This document shows positions 38,871 through 50,566 of a DNA stretch of 64,000 nucleotides, piece after piece (within the stretch, counting starts at the first letter, position 1; each line of letters begins with the position of its first letter). A program made the translations under genes and the position numbers. Under the pieces are notes generated by a model, which was not told the DNA's origin, did no database searches, and saw nothing but the letters and a program-made list of their open reading frames with translations. Origin of the DNA: the human T2T-CHM13v2.0 reference genome, Homo sapiens; assembly GCF_009914755.1 (NCBI RefSeq), contig NC_060931.1, one strand, 5' to 3'.

Positions 38871-40529
38871 AATTATTAAACTAATATAAATATTATATAG
38901 CTAATTTTATTAACTTTATTTTACAATTAAATGCTGCATTCATGAAGAGACTGATTATCTTATAAGTACTTAGTGTTCAAAATGTAGCTTAAGTTAATTA
39001 CCTTGTGTTTTGCTATGAGGATATATATTAATAGCTTGTTTATATACAACTTCATAAATAGGTCACACTCCATAAACTTCAAACAGTTCTCAGTGGCTGT
39101 AACTTCTTATCATAACCATGAATGTACTGAGAAGAAAACTTCAGCAGTTTCGAAATAAAGACAGTCCTTGATCCCTATTTAGATTCTGAGATTATTGTAT
39201 CAGGTTAAATTCCATGACACTTGAGAATAAACATTCTATTGCAATCTTGCCAGAGATAAAGCCAGTAAAAATTTGTCTAGTTTCATTTTAATCCCAAAGC
39301 AATACCTTTCTTCTTTGCTGTTATTGTCATTCATCTCAGAAACTCAGAGTGTTTTACAAAAGACACAGTAATATTACCCATTACAAAGAAAAGAGAAAGG
39401 AGGTGGCAATGGACTTAATCCATTTCAGAGTGTCACCCAGGGCCTGAAGGAGTGGCTAGGGAATTGAGCAATCTAAACTTCTCAGAAGTGGTGCAAAGTT
39501 ACATTCACTCAAATACAAAGCCCGTTCTGGGTTAGTATTCATGTTTCAGTAAAGTTTCTCTTAAGTTAATTTTTCTACAAAGCCGAATACAAATCAGCGT
39601 TGAACAAAGGTATTACGGCTTTCAAAAGTGGGCTTTTAAACATTGATAGGAGCACTGTGATAATGATGTTGTAGTGCACTTTAAGGGAAAAGATGTGTGG
39701 GAAAAATACAAAGAAAAAAAAAGCAGTGTGCCCAATTAATCTGCAAATCAAAGTCTGCCCCTTAGAAATAATTATTATGTTTCAGGAACTGAGGATGAAC
39801 AGAAAGCGCCAAAGTATATGTCATTTGTATGCTGAGACATTTGAAACCTTTTACATGGGTCATCTGCAATGGTAAAGGGGAGTGTTTCTAAAATTTCTTT
39901 GTTCAGAATTCAAAAGAAATTTCTCCACAGAAGCCATATTATTCATGATGTTTTTTAGGCTAGGTTTCAGAGCAAGACCACAAAAACCTCCTGGGTTCCA
40001 AATGGACCTAAAATGTGGTATACATAACCCTTTACTTTTTCCTTTGCCACTGGAACAAATGCATAGTCGCTCTGAGGCTTTCTTAGACCTTGCTTGCAGG
40101 AAATGATGGAAAGCCACACATGGTAAAATAATACCATGCCCTATATAAACTGGTCATTGGGGTCAGAATGTGACTTTATGTCAGAAATACCTGTCGTGAG
40201 GTGGGGAGGCTAAATGTATCAGGCCCACTTCCCAAGCGGACCCGTTTTCGGGGTAAAGGTTCTCACAAAAACGTAGGAAGGTTAACATAAGGAGAGTCTG
40301 GAAAAGTCCGGAAAAAGATACTAATGTGACATTAGTATCTTCATCTCCTGCAAGTCCAAACTCCGTATGATATCATATGACTCATAGGGTGTTATCTGGT
40401 ATTTCTAAGTGTTCTTATCATTGATACTTCATTAATTATCAATAACAATTGTAAATTATTAATAATAATGATTAACCATTGGTGAATGTCTTAAGTATTA
40501 TGTTTAATTAATAATGTACAATGTTTTAT

Positions 40530-40750
40530 TAATAATACTAGCTACATTTTACTGAGTACATATATATATAAAGCACTTAATTAACTTTATCCCTTATACT
40601 CATAACAATGCTGAAAAAGAGATCATATTATCCCCAAAGCACAGAGGAGGAAACTGATGTTTAGGGATATTAAAACTACACTTTCAGTTATTCAGCTCTA
40701 AACTGGTAGAGTCATGCTTTCAATTTAACTCCTCTTGCTTTAACTACTAC
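40530..40750 (-). mobile_element. MIR
   Basis: ATTATCCCCAAAGCACAGAGGAGGAAACTGATG core. Confidence 0.7.
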
Positions 40751-42420
40751 ATGTATTAATTAATTTATTCAAGAAATGTTTTAACTTTGAGAGGCAACTG
40801 TGCTGTAGGAGATTTTGTCCATCCAGTAGCAAAGGGGAGTGATTCGAAAGGAGAGCTAGTAGAAGAACAAAACGGGAGAAATATAGGATGAAGGAAGAGA
40901 AATAATAGGATAAAGGCTAATAGATTTGAGTTGTAATTTAGGGGATCAAATAAGAGATAATCTTAAGCATATATGTGTGTATGTATGTATATACAGCCTC
41001 TTTCATTTCATGATGATAAATCCCATCCCAAATATTATAGATTTTTACATTTGATTCCATTTGCTTTAAACAATAAATCCACGAATTGGACAGGGTATCA
41101 ACTAGGAAAATGTGATACTATGTACGTTTCCCTATTTCAGGTTTTAGAATATGTGAAGACAATGTTGCTAGTCATGGAAATATAGAGTGCTATAAAAATA
41201 ATAACTTTATGTGAAGTAAAAAGTTAAACTTTTGACAAAAATGGGACATAAGTGAAAATATTCTATGTGGGACATTTTAATTTTTTTCAACTTCTAATCG
41301 GTGATGGCAGTACATAAACGGCAACTGCATATGGAAGAAAAAAAATATGCCAGTACCTAAGTATATTTAGGAAAATCTGTGACTGAGAAATATGTGCTGG
41401 TTTGGAGAAAACAGAAAAAAATATAGTCTTCTATTACAAGAGATGACAGTACTTCAGAAATAAAACTATATCTCTGCTCATAAAACTAAGGATATGAATA
41501 TTTTCTGTCCACTTGCCAGTTGCTAAAAGTAATCTGGTGAATACTCATGGAAAATTAGGAGTTCTCTAGGATTCTCAGTCACAATATGAATACCACATCT
41601 CTAATATTTGTTGGCACTATGACATTTCTGAACTCTTGTTTTAAGAGCTCTCAAATGAAAAACACTCGTCTGTCTAGTAGCATGTTTTCCCAGGTATGCT
41701 GATTTGAGCTCCAGCTAAGTGAATATTTGTTACCAGCATGCTCTCCTTGCCTATCCAAGCCTTTATGTCAGTGGCATTTCCAACATAAAAGTTATATATG
41801 TATAAATCTGTTGAAGTTCAAGAGAATCAATATACACACCCCACTTTTTCCTGTCTGAGTTCTGAAACAATCAAGATGGGCAGAGATAGGAAAAAAAAAG
41901 AGGGAAATAAAAATATCAGCTTCACCACGGATGGAGCAAATATAGACTGTGGCTTATGTGGATTATATCCTAATCCTTAAGTGTTGACGTCCTCATCTTC
42001 ACCCAAGAATCAGGCAGACTCATCTGTACAGTTACAGGTAGAGCTGCAGAGCCACAGGTCTCCCCCTGTAGGTTTTATACCTCCAAGCCTACCACATGGT
42101 CAGGAACAGACCCAGGCTCCTGCTCTACACTGAGAGGTGGATCCCAATATGACATGACATGAGGACAAAAAGGATTAACAAACAAAGCAATCCCAGTTTC
42201 TAGTTCCAGAGTCACCTGTCACTTGCATCATTTCTTGGCTCCTGGGAAGGCATGAATAGGGGTAGAGAGAGATCAGGAGGGTTATCCTAATGGATATTCC
42301 TCCAGATGGAAGAAAACAACAAGACTAGGCACGACTCTTTCCTCAAACAAAAGCAACATGAGTAGTATAAAATTACACACATAGTATGGCTCATCAATGC
42401 ATGAAAAATTAGAAACTTTC

Positions 42421-42540
42421 CATCATTCAGAAAACATTTACTGAGGGTCTGCCTTATGACGAGCACCATGCTAGCAACTGAAGTACAAAGCACATAAAAC
42501 ACGATGTCAAATCACAGTTTCTATTCTTTAACTGTGCAAT
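42421..42540 (-). mobile_element. L2 3' fragment
   Basis: TCATTCAGAAAACATTTACTGAG...GCACCATGCTAG. Confidence 0.6.
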
Positions 42541-43339
42541 GTATCCAAGACAAATATTCAAAAGATAATTTAAAAAAATAATGTGAGGTATTCAGAACAA
42601 ATTAGAGATCTACATTAGAATATTAGAACCTTTGAATATTATTTAAATTATGAATGATACTCAAGATAACACCTATATCATTTTATAGACAAAACATGGC
42701 CATAAAAAACAATAAGCTGCTTTAAATTCAACCAATTTCAATAATTCGATTATTTGGCATTCTACATTCTCAATACTTTAAGGACAAAACTTCAAAACTT
42801 TTGTATTTACAATAATTTGCATTTTTTTTCTTTTTACCTCCCAGACAAGTGATGCCTCCCTATTAATGCCTATCCTCCATTTATTTATCATAAATACTGT
42901 AAGAGCTCTGCAAAAGTGAAGAATAGTATTTTGTTTCATTTTTTTTCCAAAGATGGACTTCATTAAAACATGATTTGTTGGGTCTTTGCCAGGCAACTGA
43001 GATAAAGATAAAATAATATAACAAGAACCTTCTGGTTCTTTCAGTAACCAGCACCAATCACTGGGATTATGCTAAATTTCATGCTATAGCAGGTCATATT
43101 TTATCAAGGTTCCACTGCATTTACAGTGAACAATAGACCACTATGTAAATCACTTTATTATAACCTTCAAGGTGGTTCTTTAGGCCTGGAGACCTTCTCC
43201 ACAAAACTTTTAATATAAAGGTTGACAATATTATTTATTAAAACAGCAAAATAAATTATTTTCATGGAACCTCTAAAAGCATACATTCTTAAAAAAGATT
43301 ATGTTATATAAAGAAATATTTGCATATAACAATATAAAT

Positions 43340-43620
43340 AAAAATAGCTAATATCTATTCAGTGCTGTCTCATGGCTACCAGGTTTAAGAGACTTACATA
43401 TATTATCTCAAATATTAACTTCACTGTGGCACTATGAAATAGATACTATTGTCTCTGTTTCACACAGGAAGAAACTGGAATATAAAGGAAACAAAATATT
43501 ACTGAAAACTCAAATTTCTAAATAATTTCTCAAAAATCACATTTAATTAGTATGAGCAATCCTGGAGATGAACTAGGGTCTGAAGAACTCTAGACCTACA
43601 ATCTTAAAATATCCTGCCTC
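43340..43620 (-). mobile_element. MIR
   Basis: CTATGAAATAGATACTATTGTCTCTGTTTCACACAGGAAGAAACTG; GAACTAGGGTCTG. Confidence 0.65.
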
Positions 43621-44245
43621 TAATATTTCAACCAAATGACAGATTATGTATCTATATAAAATCTACATAAAGTTTATCACATGCTGTTAAATGACAATAA
43701 AATAATATTTTACATAAATCAATATAATATATAATGTATTTATTTAACACATTATCCATATATTTGTGTAAATACATTACAGGCACCTTTACTTTGTTTA
43801 TAGGCATTATTGCAGATGGATTTAAAACTTTCAATCTCCTTGTAGATTTTTAGGTACTCAGATTATGCTAAATGCCTACTTCTCTCTTATAAATTCAAAC
43901 CACAAAATAAAAGCAAAATACCTCAACTATTTATACCAGTGATGCTAAAATATACCTGAAAGAAATCATAATTTATTATATAAACACATTTGATAAGTCT
44001 GATATAACATTATACATACACACACTTTTTTTTTTTTGTAACATGACTGGTGAAATAAATAAATAGATTAAAACCTTACCATGAAGTTGAATCTGAAGGA
44101 ACTGGAATGTAATGTAAAATGTAAATTATATGTTCCTTCAAAATATAAATTATAAAACAACATGAGCGTACTTTTTGTTCGTTTCAAATCCTCTACTGAA
44201 AAACAGGAAAAAGGTATAAATACCTAACTGGGTTTTTTGGGCTTA

Positions 44246-44423
44246 CAGTAGCTCCCAGACTTTAGTGGGAGTCAGAATCACTTGAAGGACTTGTTAAGCT
44301 AGATTGCTGGATCCCACTCCCAGTTTCTTATCCAATGGTCTAGATTGGGTCTGAGAATTTATATGCCTCACTTGTTCCCAGGTGATGCAAATACTGGTTC
44401 AGGGATCACACTCTGAGAAACAC
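44246..44423. mobile_element. MER5A hAT MITE
   Basis: TCAGAATCACTTGAAGGACTTGTTAA...TTCCCAGGTGATGC...CACACTCTGAGAAACAC. Confidence 0.88.
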
Positions 44424-44549
44424 ACTTGAGAATCTGAAAGACATAAAGTCTCTTACCCTCATCTGTAGCAGACCAAATCTCAGCATCAACTGCTTTGCGA
44501 GGATGTGAGCAGGGAAGGGGTAGGCTAATCAGCAAGTAGTTAAAATAAA

Positions 44550-44722
44550 TTGTTCCTAAGACTCAGAAAACATTAGAATCACCTGAGGAGGTTTTAAAAC
44601 TCCTATTGCTCAGGCCCTATCCCAGACCAATTCAATTAGAATCTCTTGGTGTAGGATTCAGACCTTAGTAACTCTAAAGCATCCCAGGTGATTCCAATGC
44701 AGTCAAATTTGAGAATAACCCA
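44550..44722. mobile_element. MER5B/MER5A1-like hAT MITE
   Basis: CATTAGAATCACCTGAGGAG...CCCAGGTGATTCCAATGCAG...TTTGAGAA. Confidence 0.85.
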
Positions 44723-45114
44723 TGAGAAGAATCCAGTAACTCTGCTCATGCCCAGTGGTGGCAAGCAACAGCCTGCATATTACAGATCTCAAGGACGTTG
44801 AGATTAGAAGTAGTGTGTATTCTCAATCTTAAGTAAGTCACTGCATTTTGTTTTCTTATCAAATGCATAAAACTTTATAGCTGTTTATAACTTTAAATCA
44901 ATACTTATATGATTTAGCTTTATATGTATGCTTAAATACTAAAGATATTTATGATATAATTATAGTTCCTCTCAGTAATCTCTCTCTTTTCCTTTTTCTC
45001 TTTTTCCTAACTTTTGCATTTGTCTTAGCTCTTCAAATATACCCCAGACTTATGTATAATGTTCCACATACCCGTGTAATACAATGGATAGACGGAAAGC
45101 TGTACATAAATCAT

Positions 45115-45330
45115 TAAGCATACTTAACCCAGTGCTCTAGATTAGGGACTTGAATTTTGGGTTCATGCTTGTTAGTTTTATGACCTTGAGTAAAGTCTTC
45201 CAACTTTTGATCTGTAGAAAGAAGCTAATGACAGTACCTGCTGCCTAGAATCATTGTGTGAATTAAATGAAATAATGCCAGGAGGTATTTAACAAATAAG
45301 GAAGGGCTCAAATATAAGCTGTTTCATTAT
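45115..45330 (+). mobile_element. MIR
   Basis: TGACCTTGAGTAAAGT...ATCTGTAGAA...GTACCT...GAATTAAATGAAATAATG. Confidence 0.75.
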
Positions 45331-45866
45331 ATTTCTTTTCTCTTTTAAATTGGTATGTCATTTACTTTGGTTACAAAAAATAAAAAAAATAGTTTTATCT
45401 GAAATCTATGACTAAAATATTTCTGTTTGCTGCATGTGTACTTTTGTTAACAATTATAAACTCATGTTGCTGCCTTTAATAGAATTAAATAAATATGGCA
45501 ATTAAAGTGGGTAGGATTTTGGTTAAGAAACACTAGAGTCAGCTGACAAAGGAAAATCAGTTGTAGAGAGATAGAGGGGGACGTTTTTTGAGTAGAATGT
45601 AAGAAATTCTGTAAAATTCAGTTCCCAGTCTACTCCTGATGCTTATTAATGAAATCTTTTTAATGAATTAATCATTTGCATTTTATGCCTCTATTCTTTG
45701 GGCTAGAAATCACTAAATTTAAACATACAGCTTTAAATAGACTACATTTTTTCAATTATATGTTTAGCATTTATTTTTGTAGCTAAGTGAAGTTGTCTTA
45801 CATACCAAAACATGGTAATATACCATGATTTTTACATGACTGATCTCATTGAAAAACATATATATC

Positions 45867-46090
45867 AGCCAGGTGCAGTGGCTCACACCTGTAATTCCAG
45901 CACTTTCAGAGGCCAAGGTTGGTGGATCACCTGAGGTCAGGAGTTCAAGGCTAGCCTGGCCAACATGGCGAAACCATGTCTCCAATAAAAATACAAAAAT
46001 TAGCCGGGCATGGTGGTGCATGCCTGTGGTCCCAGATACTAGGGAGGATGAGGCAGCAGAATCGTTTGAACCTGGGAGGTGGACGTTGCG
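45867..46090 (+). mobile_element. AluS, 3'-truncated (no tail)
   Basis: GGATCACCTGAGGTCAGGAGTTC; ends abruptly at GGAGGTGGACGTTGCGG. Confidence 0.95.
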
Positions 46091-46455
46091 GAAGTAATTT
46101 CCTCGCATATCTTTTTCGTACATGTTTTATACAATTAACTCATATTTGATCATGTATTTTTAAAATGTTCGAGTATCATCTCTTAAAAATAATTTTCCCC
46201 TGCTTCGGATAATATAAATGTTATTGTCTTTTATTTTTCATCAGGCAATTTATATAAATAAAGGAATGATTTCTCTAATAATTATTTATTATCCTTTTAC
46301 AGTAATGTTAGTTTTTGTTACAATTTTATAAATAAAATAAAAATTAACAAGTCACTGAAGTGAATAATATGAGTATCCAATATATTTTATTGAATTACTA
46401 CTATGAACAAGGTATTATAAAAGCAGTGAATAATTATGGTGGGATAACCTAAAAC

Positions 46456-46637
46456 CAAGAGTTGGTAAACTCACCATAAAAGGGGAGATAGTAATTACGG
46501 GCAGTCTCTGTATCATTCTTTTTCTTCTTCTTTTAAACAAACATTTATAAACAACAAAACTTTTCTTGGCTTGAAAACTATACCAAAATGGGCTGTGAAC
46601 TGGATTTGGCTTCTGGGCTGTATTTTGTCAGCCCCTA
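46456..46637. mobile_element. MER58C-like hAT MITE
   Basis: GAGTTGGTAAACT...CTGGATTTGGC...GCTGTATTTTGTCAGCCCCT. Confidence 0.7.
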
Positions 46638-47381
46638 ACCAAAAATACTTTTAGAGTCTTTTACCATTAATATCAGTGTGGTTTTTGAACCAACATTTGA
46701 ATATTGTCAGAAAATTTTCAATGACATTTAGAGAACATTCATGAAAGTGCCCAATAATTGAAAAATGGTTAGAAATCAACATAATTCATACAAAATTGTG
46801 GACACACAATGATTCAGTAACACCGAGTTGCACAATAGCGACACTACCAGAACAAACTTAAAAAAAAATGCCTAAAATAGAGACAGCTGTGCATGATTTA
46901 CTTCAGTTTTAGTCATAAAATTCAGTATTATGTGCCAAGAATCTGAATTATGAAGCAAGGAATAAAAAGGCACAGATTTCTTGTAATGAAGTGTTACCCA
47001 CAGAAGGGAAAAATGAATGCAAATTTTACCTATATTTGAATAAGGACAATTGTCAGTAACATAGGGTGCAATTATTTGTTCATGAATCCGTGTGCACAAA
47101 TATATACATAGTTTTATTTTTTTAAAACATTCACAATGACTTCTATTTTCATGCAAAAATATTTCTTATATCCTCAAAATATACATCTTCAGAATATAAG
47201 CTTTATTATTTGGAATATATTAAGTTACACTGTATAAATACAACATAAATGTAATTTAGGCATTGATAGTATTTCACTAATGATGTTCTGGCTGAACCAG
47301 TTAAAAATTGCTTTGCAAAACTTTAAAAAACTTTTGTTATTTTTATTCCTTGGAAGACTTCTGAAAAAGCAATTACATGAC

Positions 47382-47417
<36 letters not shown>

Positions 47418-47536
47418 CATATGTATGAGTGTATATATATATATACATATATATGTATGTATATATATATACATATATATGTATGCATATATATATACAC
47501 ACATATATATACACACACACACACACGCACATATAT
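47382..47536. repeat. Compound (TG)n-(TA-rich)-(CA)n microsatellite
   Basis: Direct reading. Confidence 0.95.
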
Positions 47537-48484
47537 TTAAGTAGCAATTCATATATTTTAAGAATCACAGGGTTTTAAATAGGATACTTTCCTAAAAGAC
47601 TATCTTTACTTTTGCCTGGAAGCTTTCATAGTCATTATCAGTCTTCTATCCCAGGGAGAGGAAAAAAAAAGGAAAAACCTAAAAACTGTACTAGAAGAAC
47701 CATTTCAAGACCAATTGATTTTATTGCCTGCATACTGATTTTGCAGAATTATTTGAGAAATGAAGGAGAAGGAAGCTGCTGAGAAAGCACAGTAGAAATC
47801 CATCAGAGAAAAAAATTTATAGAAACTAAATCACATCATCTTGGTATATTACAGAATGCTGTGAAGAAGTATGAAAATGACTATGTCTCAATTGAAAAAA
47901 GAAAGCCAGAGGTATACACCTACAACTTATGAAAGACAGTTTATATTATACACACATAAATAATATACATGTTTATATTACAGTGAATTATATTATTAAG
48001 TATATATATATCAATGTAAAATGTATACCAAAATACATATATGAAGATTGCTATTTCCTGCCTTTGAAAAATGTGCTAAGCAATTTAGCTCAGTTTTCAT
48101 GTTGTGTAATTAGAGAAATTCATCTTATTGCTAGTTAAAATGTGATCAGTGACCACGGTTTAGTGTTTGAGACTCACTAAATGTTCCACTGAGACTCCAG
48201 GGGCAGCCATTGTGGGTGAGTTAGAGCATTACGAAAGAAGGGAAAACAGTTGAAAGGATTGCTATAAATAGAAATACGCAAGAAAGACATTGAAGGCCTA
48301 AGAAATGTAGTGGTAAATTTTACCTATAGTGTAGTAAAACTTTTCGATAAAAGATAATGTTAGAGAATAATTTTTAAAAATTAGTAGCTGTTTCTTAGAC
48401 ATGATTAAAGGAGAAACTGAAGATGGATTGTGGTTTAGAAGTGTCAGAGAATTATTAATATATTTGACTAGTAGGAAATACTAC

Positions 48485-48756
48485 CACAAGAACAGAAAAC
48501 CGGATACCGCATGTTCTTACTCATAAGTGGGAGTTGAAAAATGAGAACACATGGATGCAAGGAGGGGAATACCACACACTGGGGGTGAGGGGCTAGGAAA
48601 GGGATAGCATTAGGAGAAATACCTAATGTAGGTGACGGGTTGATGGGTGCAACAAACCACCATGGTATGTGTATACCTATGTAACAAACCTGCACGTTCT
48701 GCACATGTACCCCAGAACTTAAAGTATAATTTTTTAAAAAGAAATTTAAAAAAAAA
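48485..48756 (+). mobile_element. L1PA7/8-like 3' end
   Basis: CATGTTCTTACTCATAAGTGGGAGTTG...GTACCCCAGAACTTAAAGTATAA. Confidence 0.93.
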
Positions 48757-49450
48757 TGTTAAACTGTAAAGAGATATAGAGTTTTTTACTTGTTCTAATA
48801 TTTTTTACTTCTAATAACAAAGTGGCAGAAATCCAGTAAATATAACTCGTATTAGAAAAGAGCAGACATAAAATATTAAAAAGCTGTCATTAAACTTTAC
48901 TAAGAGAACCACAATAAAGACATTTGAAGTACTTATTTCTGCTTTTAATCTGCTGTAATAAAATTTATTTTGAAGTAGGATATTTACCTGAAAGTATCTA
49001 AAAAATTTATTCAATGATGAAATGTAGCATAATTCAGAGGATGTTTGCAAAACGTATTTCAAAACTAAAATATATTTAATCAATATTATATAAATTACTT
49101 CATGGAAGGGTGAGAAAACTGTTTCTCCTGTTTATAGTAAGTGACATACAAATTAATTGCATATAAAAAGTTATCATGGCCCACAAAGCAAAAGCCCTCA
49201 TGATGACAACTCAGATATCTGATAAAGAAAAGTCCATTACTTATATTTTGTGATGTAAGCATGTATTCATTGCTTATGCTCCATTTAGGTTGAGGAGGTG
49301 GCTAAAACCTATTCAGGTGACAGTAGGGGGGGAAATAAGTCTGAGATGAAAGTTCCTTATCTATCTATCATATTGAAAAAATAATGTATGTTATTAAAAT
49401 GGACTTCTGATATTTTTACTTACACAGAAAAAATAGAAAACAAGGATTTA

Positions 49451-49772
49451 GGCTAGGTGCAATGGCTCATACCTGTAATCCCAACACTTTGAGAGGCTGA
49501 GGCAGGAGGATCACCTGAGCCCAGGAGTTTGAGACCAGCCTAGGAAAAGTGCTGAGACCTTGTCTCTACAAAAAAAAAAAAAAAAAAAAGCTAGTTGTGG
49601 TGGTGGCACACACCTGTGACCCAGCTACTCGGGAAGCTGAAGCAGGAGGATCTCTTGAGCTCAAGAGGTTGAGGCTGCAGTGAGCTGTGTTTGTTATCAC
49701 TGCATTCCAGCCTGTAGCAACAGAGCAAGACCCTGTCTCAAAAACAAAAGAAAAATTAAAAAACAAAAATAA
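49451..49772 (+). mobile_element. AluJ
   Basis: GAGCCCAGGAGTTTGAG, GAGGTTGAGGCTGCAGTGAGC, expanded middle A-tract, A-rich tail. Confidence 0.95.
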
Positions 49773-50566
49773 TAATAAGGTTTTGATGTTATGTATTATT
49801 TCACATAGCACATGACCATCAATGAAAGGAATGTTGTAAGGATAATCATTTCTTAAACTAATATTCTCAAATACTAAACTCTCAGGTTTTGCTTTATTTA
49901 AAACAGAATGAATTTGGTTCAATATTAACATCTCAAACTTAACTAAAATGGCAGGCTTCCAGAAATATTCTACTTTATTTACTATTAGTATCTGCAGAAT
50001 ATGGGGATAACAGTGATAAATTTATTTGATAATTGATCATAAGGCATTTTTCAAGAATTGTACAAGATAACAAGGTTGATATTTGTTTTATCTTCAAAAT
50101 TATTTTTAATATGCTGAGCAGCCAGTAACTGGTTATATGTATGCCATCACACATTTTTTTCAACTACCAGAAAGTGTTGTGCAGAATCTTTCCAACAACA
50201 CAGGAGTATACATCAATTAGAAACAGAAATGTTCTTGTGTTCCATAGGAGCAAAATATTAAGAAGTGTTCATGTATTTTACATTAAGAATTTAAGCTTTT
50301 TATATACTATGTTTAGGCCTTTCTAACTTATAAGGCTCTATTAAAGTTATTCCTTTATGTGTACCATTAGAAATAACTATGACATGTAGTTCTTCTTTTG
50401 TATATCAAAAAATTTATTTTCTTTTGATAAAATGTATATAAAACTGACAACACACATCTGGTATTGAAATACTGTCACTTTATTTCTGAATCAACTCCTA
50501 TCAAAGTGTCTGTTTTTTTTCAAATTGAAGAACTATTACATGAAAATGGAAACAGAATATGTTTTA

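Noticed and set aside
47225-47568. ORFs rich in YI/CV/HT repeats (also 58733-59051 and 9612-9848)
   Set aside because: Translations of dinucleotide microsatellites.
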